From Candidatus Hadarchaeales archaeon (GTDB lineage: Archaea > Hadarchaeota > Hadarchaeia > Hadarchaeales > Hadarchaeaceae): a stretch of DNA of 32,000 bases. The position numbers and the translations under genes were made by a program. Below, piece by piece: positions 1 through 7,832 of the stretch. Under the pieces are notes generated by a model, which worked only from the letters and a program-made list of their open reading frames with translations, searched no databases and was not told the origin of the DNA. Positions within the stretch are counted from its first letter, which is position 1. The number at the start of each line of letters is the position of its first letter. The DNA is taken from positions 90,001 through 122,000 of the forward strand of contig JAWBCC010000002.1 of the NCBI GenBank assembly GCA_038823825.1, in the 5' to 3' direction.

Positions 1-219
1 GATCACGAAGAAATTCAACTTGATGAGGGAATAATTCTTCCATTCTTTATAAAGAAACTTGGAGAGGGAGCCCAGTGGGAGATTTTTCTTGTTCGAGGGA
101 TTTTTACTTCAGAAAACGGAGATTTTTCTAAAAATGGATGGTTTTTAATAGAAGTTGGAGCAAACAGCAACAGACAGTACGCTACGATTATTGCGGAATT
201 GGAAGATACTCTTTTATAG
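1..219 (+). CDS. C-terminal part of a hypothetical protein (truncated by window start), ...DHEEIQLDEGIILPFFIKKLGEGAQWEIFLVRGIF...AELEDTLL*
   Basis: Frame 1 is open from base 1 to TAG at 217-219 (72 codons); codirectional with the next genes; absent from the ORF track because its start is outside the window. Confidence 0.6.
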   Translation, partial: DHEEIQLDEGIILPFFIKKLGEGAQWEIFLVRGIFTSENGDFSKNGWFLIEVGANSNRQYATIIAELEDTLL

Positions 220-243
220 TAATTTGTAGTAAATTGTAGTGAT
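214..243 (+). repeat. Three tandem 10-bp direct repeats: TTATAGTAAT / TTGTAGTAAA / TTGTAGTGAT
   Basis: TAGT recurs at 217, 227 and 237 with exact 10-bp spacing, directly before and overlapping the start codon of the 51-aa ORF; a TATA-like CTTTTATAG lies at 211-219. Confidence 0.6.
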
Positions 244-397
244 GGTAAAATACACAATCGAAGTAGACGACAAGATTTGGAAAGAATTTAAAAAAATTAT
301 TACCAAAGACAAAACAATCAATCAAGCAATAGTAGAGCTAATTGTGGAAAGGGTGAAAAAACACAATAAAGAGGTGTTTTCACATGACGGAGAATAA
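242..397 (+). CDS. 51-aa putative ribbon-helix-helix DNA-binding protein (MVKYTIEVDDKIWKEFKKIITKDKTINQAIVELIVERVKKHNKEVFSHDGE)
   Basis: ATG at 242, TAA at 395-397; beta strand (KYTIEVDD) followed by two helices with the RHH-like pattern 'W.EF...I.KDKTINQAIVELIVERVKK'; overlaps the MTase start by 14 nt. Not in the supplied ORF track (too short). Confidence 0.6.
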   Translation: MVKYTIEVDDKIWKEFKKIITKDKTINQAIVELIVERVKKHNKEVFSHDGE

Positions 398-1295
398 AAT
401 CATTTTTGGCGACAGCAGATGCATGAAAGAGTTAGCGAATTGTTCAATTCATTTAGTGGTTACTTCGCCCCCTTATTTTAACGCACCTTTTGATTATCCT
501 GGCCTGTTCAGAGATTATAATGAGTTTTTAGACATGATACAAGGTGTTGCGAAAGAGCTCAAAAGAGTCATGGCTCCTGGTAGAATAGCTTGCTTCGTTA
601 CACAGGATGTTAGGATAGATGGAAAACTGTATCCGGTGCCAGCTGACATAACTCGAATAATGTGTGAAGAAGGATTCTTATATCGGGACAGAATTATTTG
701 GAAGAAACCAGAAGGATACATTCGTATAAGTCGAAGAAGCGGGGTCCTGATTCAACATCCTTACCCGATGTATTTTTATCCCGACAATATTTATGAGGAA
801 ATAATAATCCTTCAAAATGGAGAGTACGATTATTCAAAAGTGGAAAAAGAGAAATTGGTCGACTCTCGTATAAATCTTCAGGAATTTCAGAATGAAAAAT
901 GGTATCTTTCTGTCTGGGAAATAACCAATGTTCTTCCCTTGAAAAATAGGTTAGAAGAAGGAATAGCTGCATTCCCAGAGGAAATTCCGTATCGTCTCAT
1001 AAAGCTTTTTAGTTTTAAGGGAGAAAAGGTTTTGGATCCGTTTTTGGGATCTGGAACCACGATGAAAGTGGCACTAGAATTGGGCAGAAAGGCTGTGGGT
1101 TATGAAATAGATTTGGAACTTCTCGATGTTATTAAGAAAAAACTACGGATAGGACAGAAAAGATTGGTTGACAGCGAGCCGGTTGAAATAATCATAAGAG
1201 AAGATGCAAAACATTTGAGGAAAAAATTACAGAACAAAGTTAAAAACCAGCGATCCGTAGCCGATGCTTTAGAGGCAAATTCTAAAGCTTATTAA
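384..1295 (+). CDS. DNA methyltransferase, N4-cytosine/N6-adenine type (beta-class motif order)
   Basis: Motif IV VVTSPPYFNAPF near the N-terminus and motif I VLDPFLGSGTTMKVALELGRKAVGYEID near the C-terminus; GAGGTG upstream. Confidence 0.9.
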   Translation: MTENKIIFGDSRCMKELANCSIHLVVTSPPYFNAPFDYPGLFRDYNEFLDMIQGVAKELKRVMAPGRIACFVTQDVRIDGKLYPVPADITRIMCEEGFLYRDRIIWKKPEGYIRISRRSGVLIQHPYPMYFYPDNIYEEIIILQNGEYDYSKVEKEKLVDSRINLQEFQNEKWYLSVWEITNVLPLKNRLEEGIAAFPEEIPYRLIKLFSFKGEKVLDPFLGSGTTMKVALELGRKAVGYEIDLELLDVIKKKLRIGQKRLVDSEPVEIIIREDAKHLRKKLQNKVKNQRSVADALEANSKAY

Positions 1296-2310
1296 GGTAG
1301 GGTTTAGTGGTTTCAATAGCGCCGAGTACATCCTCTGCCCAAACGCTAATCATCTGGTGCTTGGTCGTGTGATCACAGAAGCACAGTTTACCTCTAGCTT
1401 TTCCTTCGATTGTTTCTTTAAGAATTCCCTTAATCCTGATTGGAGTTTCTGAGCATAACTTGAACATCAATTGTTTTTCTTTTCCTTCAATTCTTGCAAT
1501 TCCTATTTTCATACCAGCTTTTATAGAGGGGTGATACTCGATTCTTAGTCGAAGTTTTTCAACGATATTTGGTGCTAGTCCGTTTTCTATAGCTTTATTT
1601 CTAAGATATATGGCGGAAAGATCAAAGCAACCAAGACATAAACTATATCCCACAACAGGAATACCCAAGCTTTTCCCCTTTATTGGTGAGGCATAATACG
1701 TTCTTTCTTTACCTCCTTGTTGATTTTCAGAAACTGGATAAAACTGTCTCTTCTCTTGGCAAATGCTCGTCAGTGCTTCAACGATTTTATTTAGTTCTTC
1801 GATGTTTATGTAAAACATGGCCCAGTTTCTCCATTTGGCAGGATCCATCACACGAATCGAGGTCCTCTCGAGATGATATCTCTGGATATCAAAGTAGAAA
1901 AAAATTCTTTTTTCCTCGTCAGCTCCAATCCTAACATAAACTTCTTCTTTCGGTAAACAGTACGCTTTTGCTCCTTTTTTGTCTTTATGAATTGCAGGTT
2001 TCCAACCCAACTCTTCGGGAGTTTTTCCATACCATTCGGGAGGAATCAGACGTTCGCTTGTTATTGGTTCAGGAGTTTTTAACCATCCCCTAAAATTTGA
2101 ATAAATTAATGGTATTGGCGTTTTTATCTTTCCTGATTTATCTGCGGGAACGTTAAACCCATGGGTGATTAGTTCTTCTTGTAATTCGAGAGAGCAAGGA
2201 AAGTAGATTTGTAAAGAATCTATCGGTAATTCCAAAATCCATTCAATCTTATTTGGGTCTTTCACAATTTTGGTTATTTTGTGAAGAATATAAATCTGTG
2301 AGCAAACCAT
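1282..2310 (-). CDS. Hypothetical protein, 342 aa, possible MTase-associated effector
   Basis: Full-length ORF convergent with and overlapping the MTase by 14 bp; GGTG SD-like sequence just before the ATG; contains CLGCFDL and KLCFCDHTT Cys clusters; no family recognised. Confidence 0.6.
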   Translation of the reverse strand: MVCSQIYILHKITKIVKDPNKIEWILELPIDSLQIYFPCSLELQEELITHGFNVPADKSGKIKTPIPLIYSNFRGWLKTPEPITSERLIPPEWYGKTPEELGWKPAIHKDKKGAKAYCLPKEEVYVRIGADEEKRIFFYFDIQRYHLERTSIRVMDPAKWRNWAMFYINIEELNKIVEALTSICQEKRQFYPVSENQQGGKERTYYASPIKGKSLGIPVVGYSLCLGCFDLSAIYLRNKAIENGLAPNIVEKLRLRIEYHPSIKAGMKIGIARIEGKEKQLMFKLCSETPIRIKGILKETIEGKARGKLCFCDHTTKHQMISVWAEDVLGAIETTKPYLNKL

Positions 2311-2335
2311 CCACCAAGAGATGTATTACGATATT

Positions 2336-2411
2336 TGGAGCCGGGGGCCGGACTTGAACCGGCGAAAAGCGGATCTGCAGTCCGCCGCGTTAGCCTCTCC
2401 GCCACCCCGGC
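2336..2411 (-). tRNA. tRNA-Cys (anticodon GCA), CCA encoded
   Basis: Minus strand GCCGGGG TG GCGGAGAGGCTAACGC G GCGGA CTGCAGA TCCGC TTTTC GCCGG TTCAAGT CCGGC CCCCGGC T CCA: 7-bp acceptor stem, 5-bp anticodon stem, T-arm with TTCAA, U73 as expected for Cys. Confidence 0.95.
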
Positions 2412-2421
2412 AACCAATCTT

Positions 2422-4029
2422 TCAGTACCTTCCGGCTCTTATTTCTTTTACGTCCTGCTCAAACTTTCTGTAAGCTTCGGTCTGTTTGAGCTTTTCGATA
2501 TCCCGCCTGTATAAACCATCTGAGAGTTTTTGTCCAGTCCTCTTTTCCCACTCCTCGATTGAAATCCCCTGGCTTTCCATGTCTTTATCCCTGTACCACT
2601 CTGGAATCACGTTAAAGGCACAGAATGGCACAATTCTGTCGTCAGTCATGACGTAGTGGATGCAGCATCTCTTAACCCTCTCGATGTCATAATTGTAGAG
2701 ATCCATGAAGTGCATCATCCCAATGAAAAGCGATTTCATATGGAACTTCCCAAGCGCATCGTAATTATGTCTGACGAAAATCTGGTAGAGGATTTTGTTT
2801 ATGTCGAGATCTTTTGGTTTATTCTTTTTGTCGATGAATTTCCCGATTGAGAAAAGAAGTTGTAACTTGACTAAAGTCTTGCTCTTTCCGCTTTTCAGTT
2901 CTTCAGTTTTCTGCTTGAGATATTCAAGGAAGCCCTCCACATCTATAAACCTAGTTATGGGAACCATCTTTCCGTTATCTCTGAAGATATAGGTGGCGGC
3001 TCCGCAGGCGAAGTGTGAGCTCAACTCATACATCGGTCTGCCGGTCAGGGCTTCAACAAACCGGCTTATGATGAGAGCGGTCGGAACAGGGAAAAAATCT
3101 TCCATCGTTATCTGCCCATCCGTCTGCTCTTCAAGTCTTTCGATAACATCCGGAATCGTTATTCTGTATTTGTCTCTTTCATCCCTCGGCATTCTACCCA
3201 CAAGCGAAACCGGTTGGAAGTTCACGCTCCTTATAATGTCGATGTTCTTGAAAGCATACTTTACGATATCTCCGACCTCATGATCGTTTACACCCCTGAT
3301 GACGGTGGGAACCAGAACGATCCCAAGTCCCACTCTTCGAGCGTTCTCGAGAGCGAGCGGAAATTCCCAGTGGTTTTTTGGATTCGTCCGCTCGCTTACT
3401 CCGTCAAAGCTCAAGTAGAGTGTATTAACACCGGCTTCCCGAACAGCCTTAACAAGCTCAGGATTGAAGGCTAACCTGATTCCGTTCGTGTTCAGCTGGA
3501 CGTGGTCAAAACCATAGGATTTTGCCAGCTTTATGATGTCGACGAGATCGTTGCGTAAACAGGGCTCTCCTCCAGTCAGCTGAACAGCGTTGCACGCAAT
3601 CGGTTTCTCGCTTTTTAGAATCTTGAACATTTCCTCGATTTGAGAGATCGTCGGCTCGTAGACATAACCAAGACGCTGCGCATAGAAGAAACAATACCAG
3701 CAGGAAAGATCACATCTGTTCGTTAGCACAACATTGGCTAAGGTTGTATGGCTCATGTGGAGTCTGCAGAGACCGCAGTCCTCCGGGCAAACAGGCGCTT
3801 CTTTCGTTATCTGCGGGTTCTCAACTCCACGTCCGTCGATCGCATAGCGCTCAGCTCTCTTATACCACCCATAAGAGCCGAGATAAAGATCCTCGAATTC
3901 ACCATGCTCCTGGCAGGACTTCTTTATCCAGACTTTTCCGTCGGATTCATAGATCGTTGCGGGTATTCTCTTGAGGCATTCCGGACAGACAGATGTTGTT
4001 TTCTTTATTTCCATCTTCGTCCAAATCAA
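2422..4029 (-). CDS. tes: Radical SAM tetraether lipid synthase-like protein (MJ0619/Tes family); alternative ATG start at 4014
   Basis: Radical SAM motif NRCDLSCWYCFFYA, N-terminal CPECLKRIPATIY...KKSCQEHGEFED and CPEDCGLCRLHMSHTTLANVVLTNRCDL Cys-rich region, QLTGGEP. TTG start at 4029 or ATG at 4014. Confidence 0.82.
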   Translation of the reverse strand: MIWTKMEIKKTTSVCPECLKRIPATIYESDGKVWIKKSCQEHGEFEDLYLGSYGWYKRAERYAIDGRGVENPQITKEAPVCPEDCGLCRLHMSHTTLANVVLTNRCDLSCWYCFFYAQRLGYVYEPTISQIEEMFKILKSEKPIACNAVQLTGGEPCLRNDLVDIIKLAKSYGFDHVQLNTNGIRLAFNPELVKAVREAGVNTLYLSFDGVSERTNPKNHWEFPLALENARRVGLGIVLVPTVIRGVNDHEVGDIVKYAFKNIDIIRSVNFQPVSLVGRMPRDERDKYRITIPDVIERLEEQTDGQITMEDFFPVPTALIISRFVEALTGRPMYELSSHFACGAATYIFRDNGKMVPITRFIDVEGFLEYLKQKTEELKSGKSKTLVKLQLLFSIGKFIDKKNKPKDLDINKILYQIFVRHNYDALGKFHMKSLFIGMMHFMDLYNYDIERVKRCCIHYVMTDDRIVPFCAFNVIPEWYRDKDMESQGISIEEWEKRTGQKLSDGLYRRDIEKLKQTEAYRKFEQDVKEIRAGRY

Positions 4030-4039
4030 AGGCGTGAAC

Positions 4040-4056
4040 GAGCTTTTTTAAGATAT
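4040..4056. promoter_or_regulatory. Short divergent promoter region between tes and the TrmB-type gene
   Basis: AGCTTTTTTAAGATATAA lies in the 44-59 bp divergent intergenic region and reads as a TATA-like element on both strands. Confidence 0.4.
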
Positions 4057-4073
4057 AACAAACCAATCAGAGT

Positions 4074-4856
4074 ATGAAAAGTATGAAAGATGTGGTGGAA
4101 GTGCTTAGGGATCTTGGTGTGACGGAATATGAGGCAAAGGTTTACGCGGCTCTTCTATCACTGGGTCCGGCAACGGCGGCCGAAGCGAGCTCCGCCTCAG
4201 GCGTTCCTTACTCCAAAATTTACGTAGTGCTCTCCAAGCTGGAAAACCGCGGATGGGTGGAAGCGCAGGGAGGACGGCCGGTGAGATATCTTGCAAGACC
4301 GCCGGCCGAAGCCTTGGAGATCCTTCTTTCGGAGGAGAGCAAAAGATTGAGAAAGCTGGCGGAGGAGGCAAGAGGTTCGCTGGAGTCCCTTTACAAACGT
4401 GGAGCGGAAATGAGGAAACCCGACGTATGGGTTATTAGGGGCTTGTCCTCTGTTGTCGGTAAAGCTGTTGAGATAATAGGGCATGCAGAAGCCGAAGTCC
4501 TAGTTTCGCTTCCATATCTACCTGAAGGTGGAAAGGAATTTCTATCAATTCTCTCTTTATTGGGAGCGAAAGGAGTTCACGTCAGAATTCTGTCGACCGG
4601 AGGGGCACGATTGAAGATGCCCGGAGTTGAGATCAGAAAGAGGGAAAGGCTTTTCGGTGGGGGGGTGATTGTCGACGGCAGAGAAGTTTTACTGATTCTT
4701 GGACAGCAAAACGATGTCATAGGGATATGGTCGAACGAGCCCGGCCTAGCGCGTTTTGCCGAAGAATACTTTAATTATCTCTGGAAGGGAGCAAAGGTGT
4801 TATGCGGGAAGTCACAAAGACGGCGAGGGAGATTTTCCGAGAAAAAGAAGATTTAG
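4074..4856 (+). CDS. TrmB-family transcriptional regulator
   Basis: N-terminal wHTH LRDLGVTEYEAKVYAALLSLGPATAAEASSASGVPYSKIYVVLSKLENRGWVE followed by a phospholipase-D-like/sensor-type C-terminal region. Confidence 0.85.
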   Translation: MKSMKDVVEVLRDLGVTEYEAKVYAALLSLGPATAAEASSASGVPYSKIYVVLSKLENRGWVEAQGGRPVRYLARPPAEALEILLSEESKRLRKLAEEARGSLESLYKRGAEMRKPDVWVIRGLSSVVGKAVEIIGHAEAEVLVSLPYLPEGGKEFLSILSLLGAKGVHVRILSTGGARLKMPGVEIRKRERLFGGGVIVDGREVLLILGQQNDVIGIWSNEPGLARFAEEYFNYLWKGAKVLCGKSQRRRGRFSEKKKI

Positions 4857-5920
4857 CTAAACACGTGATCTCCCTGATTAAAAGACATGCCAGAGAAATC
4901 GGGGAAACGATAAAGATAATGAACTTCTGCGGAACGCATGAGTGGACGACCGTTCACTATGGAATTCGCTCGATTCTTCCTCCGAATGTTGAGATGGTTG
5001 CTGGACCCGGTTGTCCCGTTTGCATAACGCCAGCCGGCGATGTGGACCTAGCCGTCGAAGCAGCAATGGAAGGTATTATTTTGTATACGTATGGCGATGC
5101 CTTCAGGCTGAGAGGGAGTAAAAACCCGTTCAGTCTCCAGGAGGCGAAAGCAGCCGGAGCAGACGTTAGGGTAGTTTACAGTTTTCTTGATGCTGTGAGG
5201 GACGCGGAAGTGCATGGAAGAGAGAGTCTTTTCTTCGGTATAGGTTTCGAGACAACTGCTCCTAGCTATGCAATCCTTTTCGAGAGCGGAAAAGTTCCGA
5301 GAAATCTGAAGTTTCTCTCCGCCTGTCGCCTGACCCCGCCCTCCATGAAGTATGTTGTGGATTTTCATGAGAAGAAAGGATTGTTTCCGATCAAAGGGGT
5401 GATTGCCCCCGGCCATGTCTCAACGGTGATAGGTGCGTCCGAGTGGGGATTTCTGCCAAAAGAATACGGGATCCCTGTTGTTGTTGCAGGCTTCGAGCCG
5501 GTGGATGTTCTTCTTGCCGTTGAGCGAATTCTTCGGATGATAAGCGAGGAAAAGCCAGGGATCGAGGTTGAATATCGGAGACTTGTAACTTGGGAGGGAA
5601 ATGTCAGAGCGAAGAGAGCAATAGAAAAAGTTTTCAAAGTATCTGGTGCTCGCTGGAGGGGACTTGGAGAGATCCCTAAAAGTGGCTTGGTCTTGCGAGA
5701 GGAATTCAGCGAGTATGAAATGGCTGGCAAGGGCGGTGAACTCGTCGAGAAGATGCCTCCGGGCTGCAGATGTGCAGATGTGATTGTAGGCGCGGCGAAG
5801 CCATCGGATTGTCCGCTCTTCATATCCAAGTGCTCTCCAACCAACCCGATTGGCCCTTGTATGGTCTCTAGTGAAGGAACTTGTTCGATATGGGCGAGAG
5901 AAGGGGAAAGGAGGAAATGA
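4802..5920 (+). CDS. hypD: Hydrogenase maturation/formation protein HypD
   Basis: MNFCGTHEWTTVHYGIRSILPPNVEMVAGPGCPVCITP, FGIGFETTAP, VIAPGHVSTVIG, PPGCRCADVIVGAAKPSDCPLFISKCSPTNPIGPCMVSSEGTC. Confidence 0.95.
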   Translation: MREVTKTAREIFREKEDLAKHVISLIKRHAREIGETIKIMNFCGTHEWTTVHYGIRSILPPNVEMVAGPGCPVCITPAGDVDLAVEAAMEGIILYTYGDAFRLRGSKNPFSLQEAKAAGADVRVVYSFLDAVRDAEVHGRESLFFGIGFETTAPSYAILFESGKVPRNLKFLSACRLTPPSMKYVVDFHEKKGLFPIKGVIAPGHVSTVIGASEWGFLPKEYGIPVVVAGFEPVDVLLAVERILRMISEEKPGIEVEYRRLVTWEGNVRAKRAIEKVFKVSGARWRGLGEIPKSGLVLREEFSEYEMAGKGGELVEKMPPGCRCADVIVGAAKPSDCPLFISKCSPTNPIGPCMVSSEGTCSIWAREGERRK

Positions 5921-5921
5921 A

Positions 5922-6212
5922 ATGTGCTGGGGTGTTCCCGCTAAGGTTGTGAAGGTCGAGGGTCTTTATGCCCATGTTGATTTTGGAGGTGTAAAGAAAC
6001 AGGTGCTGGTTGGTGTTGAGGACATTAGGGAAGGAGAGATAGCAGTTGTGCATGCCGGTCTGATAATTGGCAAGATCGATGAGAAATCTCTCGCCGAGAA
6101 TTTAGAATTTTACAGGGAAGTGATTGCGGCAAACTTTATGGCAGAAGGTCTGTCCAGCGAGGAAGCAAGAAAGAGAGCAGAGGAAGAAATAAAGAAAATT
6201 CTCCAGAAATAG
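5922..6212 (+). CDS. hypC: Hydrogenase assembly chaperone HypC
   Basis: MCWGVPAKVVKVEG...AHVDFGGVKKQVLVGVEDIREGEIAVVHAGLIIGKIDE; true start with the essential Met-Cys at 5922, behind GAGGAAATGA; the track ORF start at 5850 is an upstream extension. Confidence 0.93.
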   Translation: MCWGVPAKVVKVEGLYAHVDFGGVKKQVLVGVEDIREGEIAVVHAGLIIGKIDEKSLAENLEFYREVIAANFMAEGLSSEEARKRAEEEIKKILQK

Positions 6213-6246
6213 AAGCTTATTTAAATAATGAATTAAATTTTGTCAG

Positions 6247-6489
6247 ATGAAGCCAAGGGTGAAAATTTATACAACTCCGACATGTCCATACTGCCAAATG
6301 GCAAAAAATTATCTGAAAAAACTGGGCGTTGAGTTTGAAGAGGTCAATGTCGCCGAAGACAGAGAGGCAGCAATCGAGATGATAGAGAAATCCGGGCAGA
6401 TGGGAGTCCCTGTTATCGACATAGATGGGCAGATAATAGTTGGCTTTGACAGAGAGGCAATAAACAGGGCACTCGGAATCAAAACCTGA
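6247..6489 (+). CDS. Glutaredoxin-like protein (CPYC)
   Basis: MKPRVKIYTTPTCPYCQMAKNYLKKLGVEFEEVNV...GVPVIDIDGQIIVGFDREAI. Confidence 0.92.
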   Translation: MKPRVKIYTTPTCPYCQMAKNYLKKLGVEFEEVNVAEDREAAIEMIEKSGQMGVPVIDIDGQIIVGFDREAINRALGIKT

Positions 6490-7243
6490 AGATTGAGGAG
6501 TAAAGATCTTTATTCTTTTCGACGATTGGGGATAACTTCGGTTTTTCGGCGAATTTCACTTTTAATCCCCTGATTATCACCACGGGTTTTCTTCCCGAAG
6601 TTTCCCCCATGATGAGCTCGGCGGCGGAGGCAAGAAGGTCGGCTAGAGAAATTAAGGTGATTCGCATGGGCCTGCCGAAGAGGTCAGGAGAGCCTCTGCA
6701 GTCGATAACCGGTTCAAAACCCGCATAACCGATTGCCTGTCCGATCGTTCCTAGCCTTAAGGGTCTAACAGTGCTGTCCGAGATCACGACCCCAACCCTC
6801 TTACCAGAGCGTTCTTTTATTTTTTTCATGATTTCGTTTGCAGCTTTGTTCGGATTGGAGGGGAGAAGGACGGCAAAGCCCGGCGGAGCGTTAGAGAGGT
6901 CGATCCCGGCGTTTGCACAGAGAAGACCACCCTTGAGGGTGAGGACTGCGCCCCCTCCTATTCCGAGGATTTCGTCTGCTTCTCTGATCACCATCTCGGC
7001 CAGTGGAGCAGAAATTTTAGCTCGTTTTGCAAGACTCTTTGCGCGAGGAGAAGGTCGAACATCTCTGAGTCTGATTATCCTCCCTTCTGCCACCGCAACG
7101 ACCTTAGAACTCACGACGAGTATGTCTTCATTTCTGATGCCTCCAGATTTTTTAGAAGCTTTAAGAATCTCCTCAACGAGATCGTCACCTGGTTTTATTA
7201 CCGGAAGCCGCAGTCCTATGATCTCTATAACGTCGCCCGCCAT
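6479..7243 (-). CDS. cofE: Coenzyme F420:L-glutamate ligase CofE
   Basis: EIIGLRLPVIKPGDDLVEEI, VSSKVVAVAEGRI, VISDSTVRPLRLGTIGQAIGYAGFEPVID, GRPMRITLISLADLLASAAELIMGE; likely start Met at 7243 rather than 7312. Confidence 0.93.
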   Translation of the reverse strand: MAGDVIEIIGLRLPVIKPGDDLVEEILKASKKSGGIRNEDILVVSSKVVAVAEGRIIRLRDVRPSPRAKSLAKRAKISAPLAEMVIREADEILGIGGGAVLTLKGGLLCANAGIDLSNAPPGFAVLLPSNPNKAANEIMKKIKERSGKRVGVVISDSTVRPLRLGTIGQAIGYAGFEPVIDCRGSPDLFGRPMRITLISLADLLASAAELIMGETSGRKPVVIIRGLKVKFAEKPKLSPIVEKNKDLYSSIFRF

Positions 7244-7298
7244 CAGATTCTGAACGTTTTCGAAAGTTATAATAACCTTCCTGATTGAGAAAAACTGA

Positions 7299-7832
7299 AT
7301 GATAGAAGTCACCTTTCATGGACGCGGTGGTCAGGGAGCCGTAACGGCCGCTAGGCTTCTCGCCGAAGCCGCATTTTTAGAAGGAAAATTTTGTCAGGCT
7401 TTCCCGACATTTGGAGCGGAGCGGAGGGGAGCCCCGGTTTGCGCTTTCGCTCGGATCTCGGAAAATCCGATTAGGTTACGCAGCCAAGTTTATTCACCCG
7501 ATCACGTCGTTATTCTAGACGCGTCTCTCCTTGGTGTGGTCGACGTTTGTGAGGGTCTCAAAGAGAATGGCTGGATAGTTATAAACTCCAAAGGTCTTCC
7601 GGGAAAGCTCGCTGGAAAGAACGTGGCAATCGTTGACGCAACTAAAATCGCCATAGAGGCGATTGGGCGTCCAATAGTGAACACGGCAATGCTCGGTGCG
7701 TTTGCAAAAATCACGAACGTCGTCAGTCTAGATTCGCTCATCAAAGTCGTAAACAAATATTTTGAAGGAAAAGGAGCAGTCGGGAATATGAATGCGCTGA
7801 GAATTGCCTATGAGGAGGTGAAGGTTGTTTGA
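7299..7832 (+). CDS. porG: Pyruvate:ferredoxin oxidoreductase gamma subunit
   Basis: IEVTFHGRGGQGAVTAARLLAEAAFLEGKFCQAFPTFGAERRGAPVCAFARI; first gene of a four-gene por operon. Confidence 0.92.
   Translation: MIEVTFHGRGGQGAVTAARLLAEAAFLEGKFCQAFPTFGAERRGAPVCAFARISENPIRLRSQVYSPDHVVILDASLLGVVDVCEGLKENGWIVINSKGLPGKLAGKNVAIVDATKIAIEAIGRPIVNTAMLGAFAKITNVVSLDSLIKVVNKYFEGKGAVGNMNALRIAYEEVKVV

Noticed and set aside
15-257. Minus-strand ORF at the left edge (80 aa)
   Set aside because: Antisense to the better-supported truncated plus-strand CDS 1-219 and across the iterons; low-complexity sequence, no family features.
4802-4871. Possible frameshift or gene fusion between the TrmB-type gene and hypD
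   Set aside because: Both proteins appear full length; the overlap is compatible with normal translational coupling or a later hypD start.
5365-5844. 159-aa minus-strand ORF in hypD
   Set aside because: Shadow ORF over conserved HypD C-terminal motifs.
6771-7253. 160-aa plus-strand ORF antisense to cofE
   Set aside because: Shadow of cofE; no recognisable motifs.
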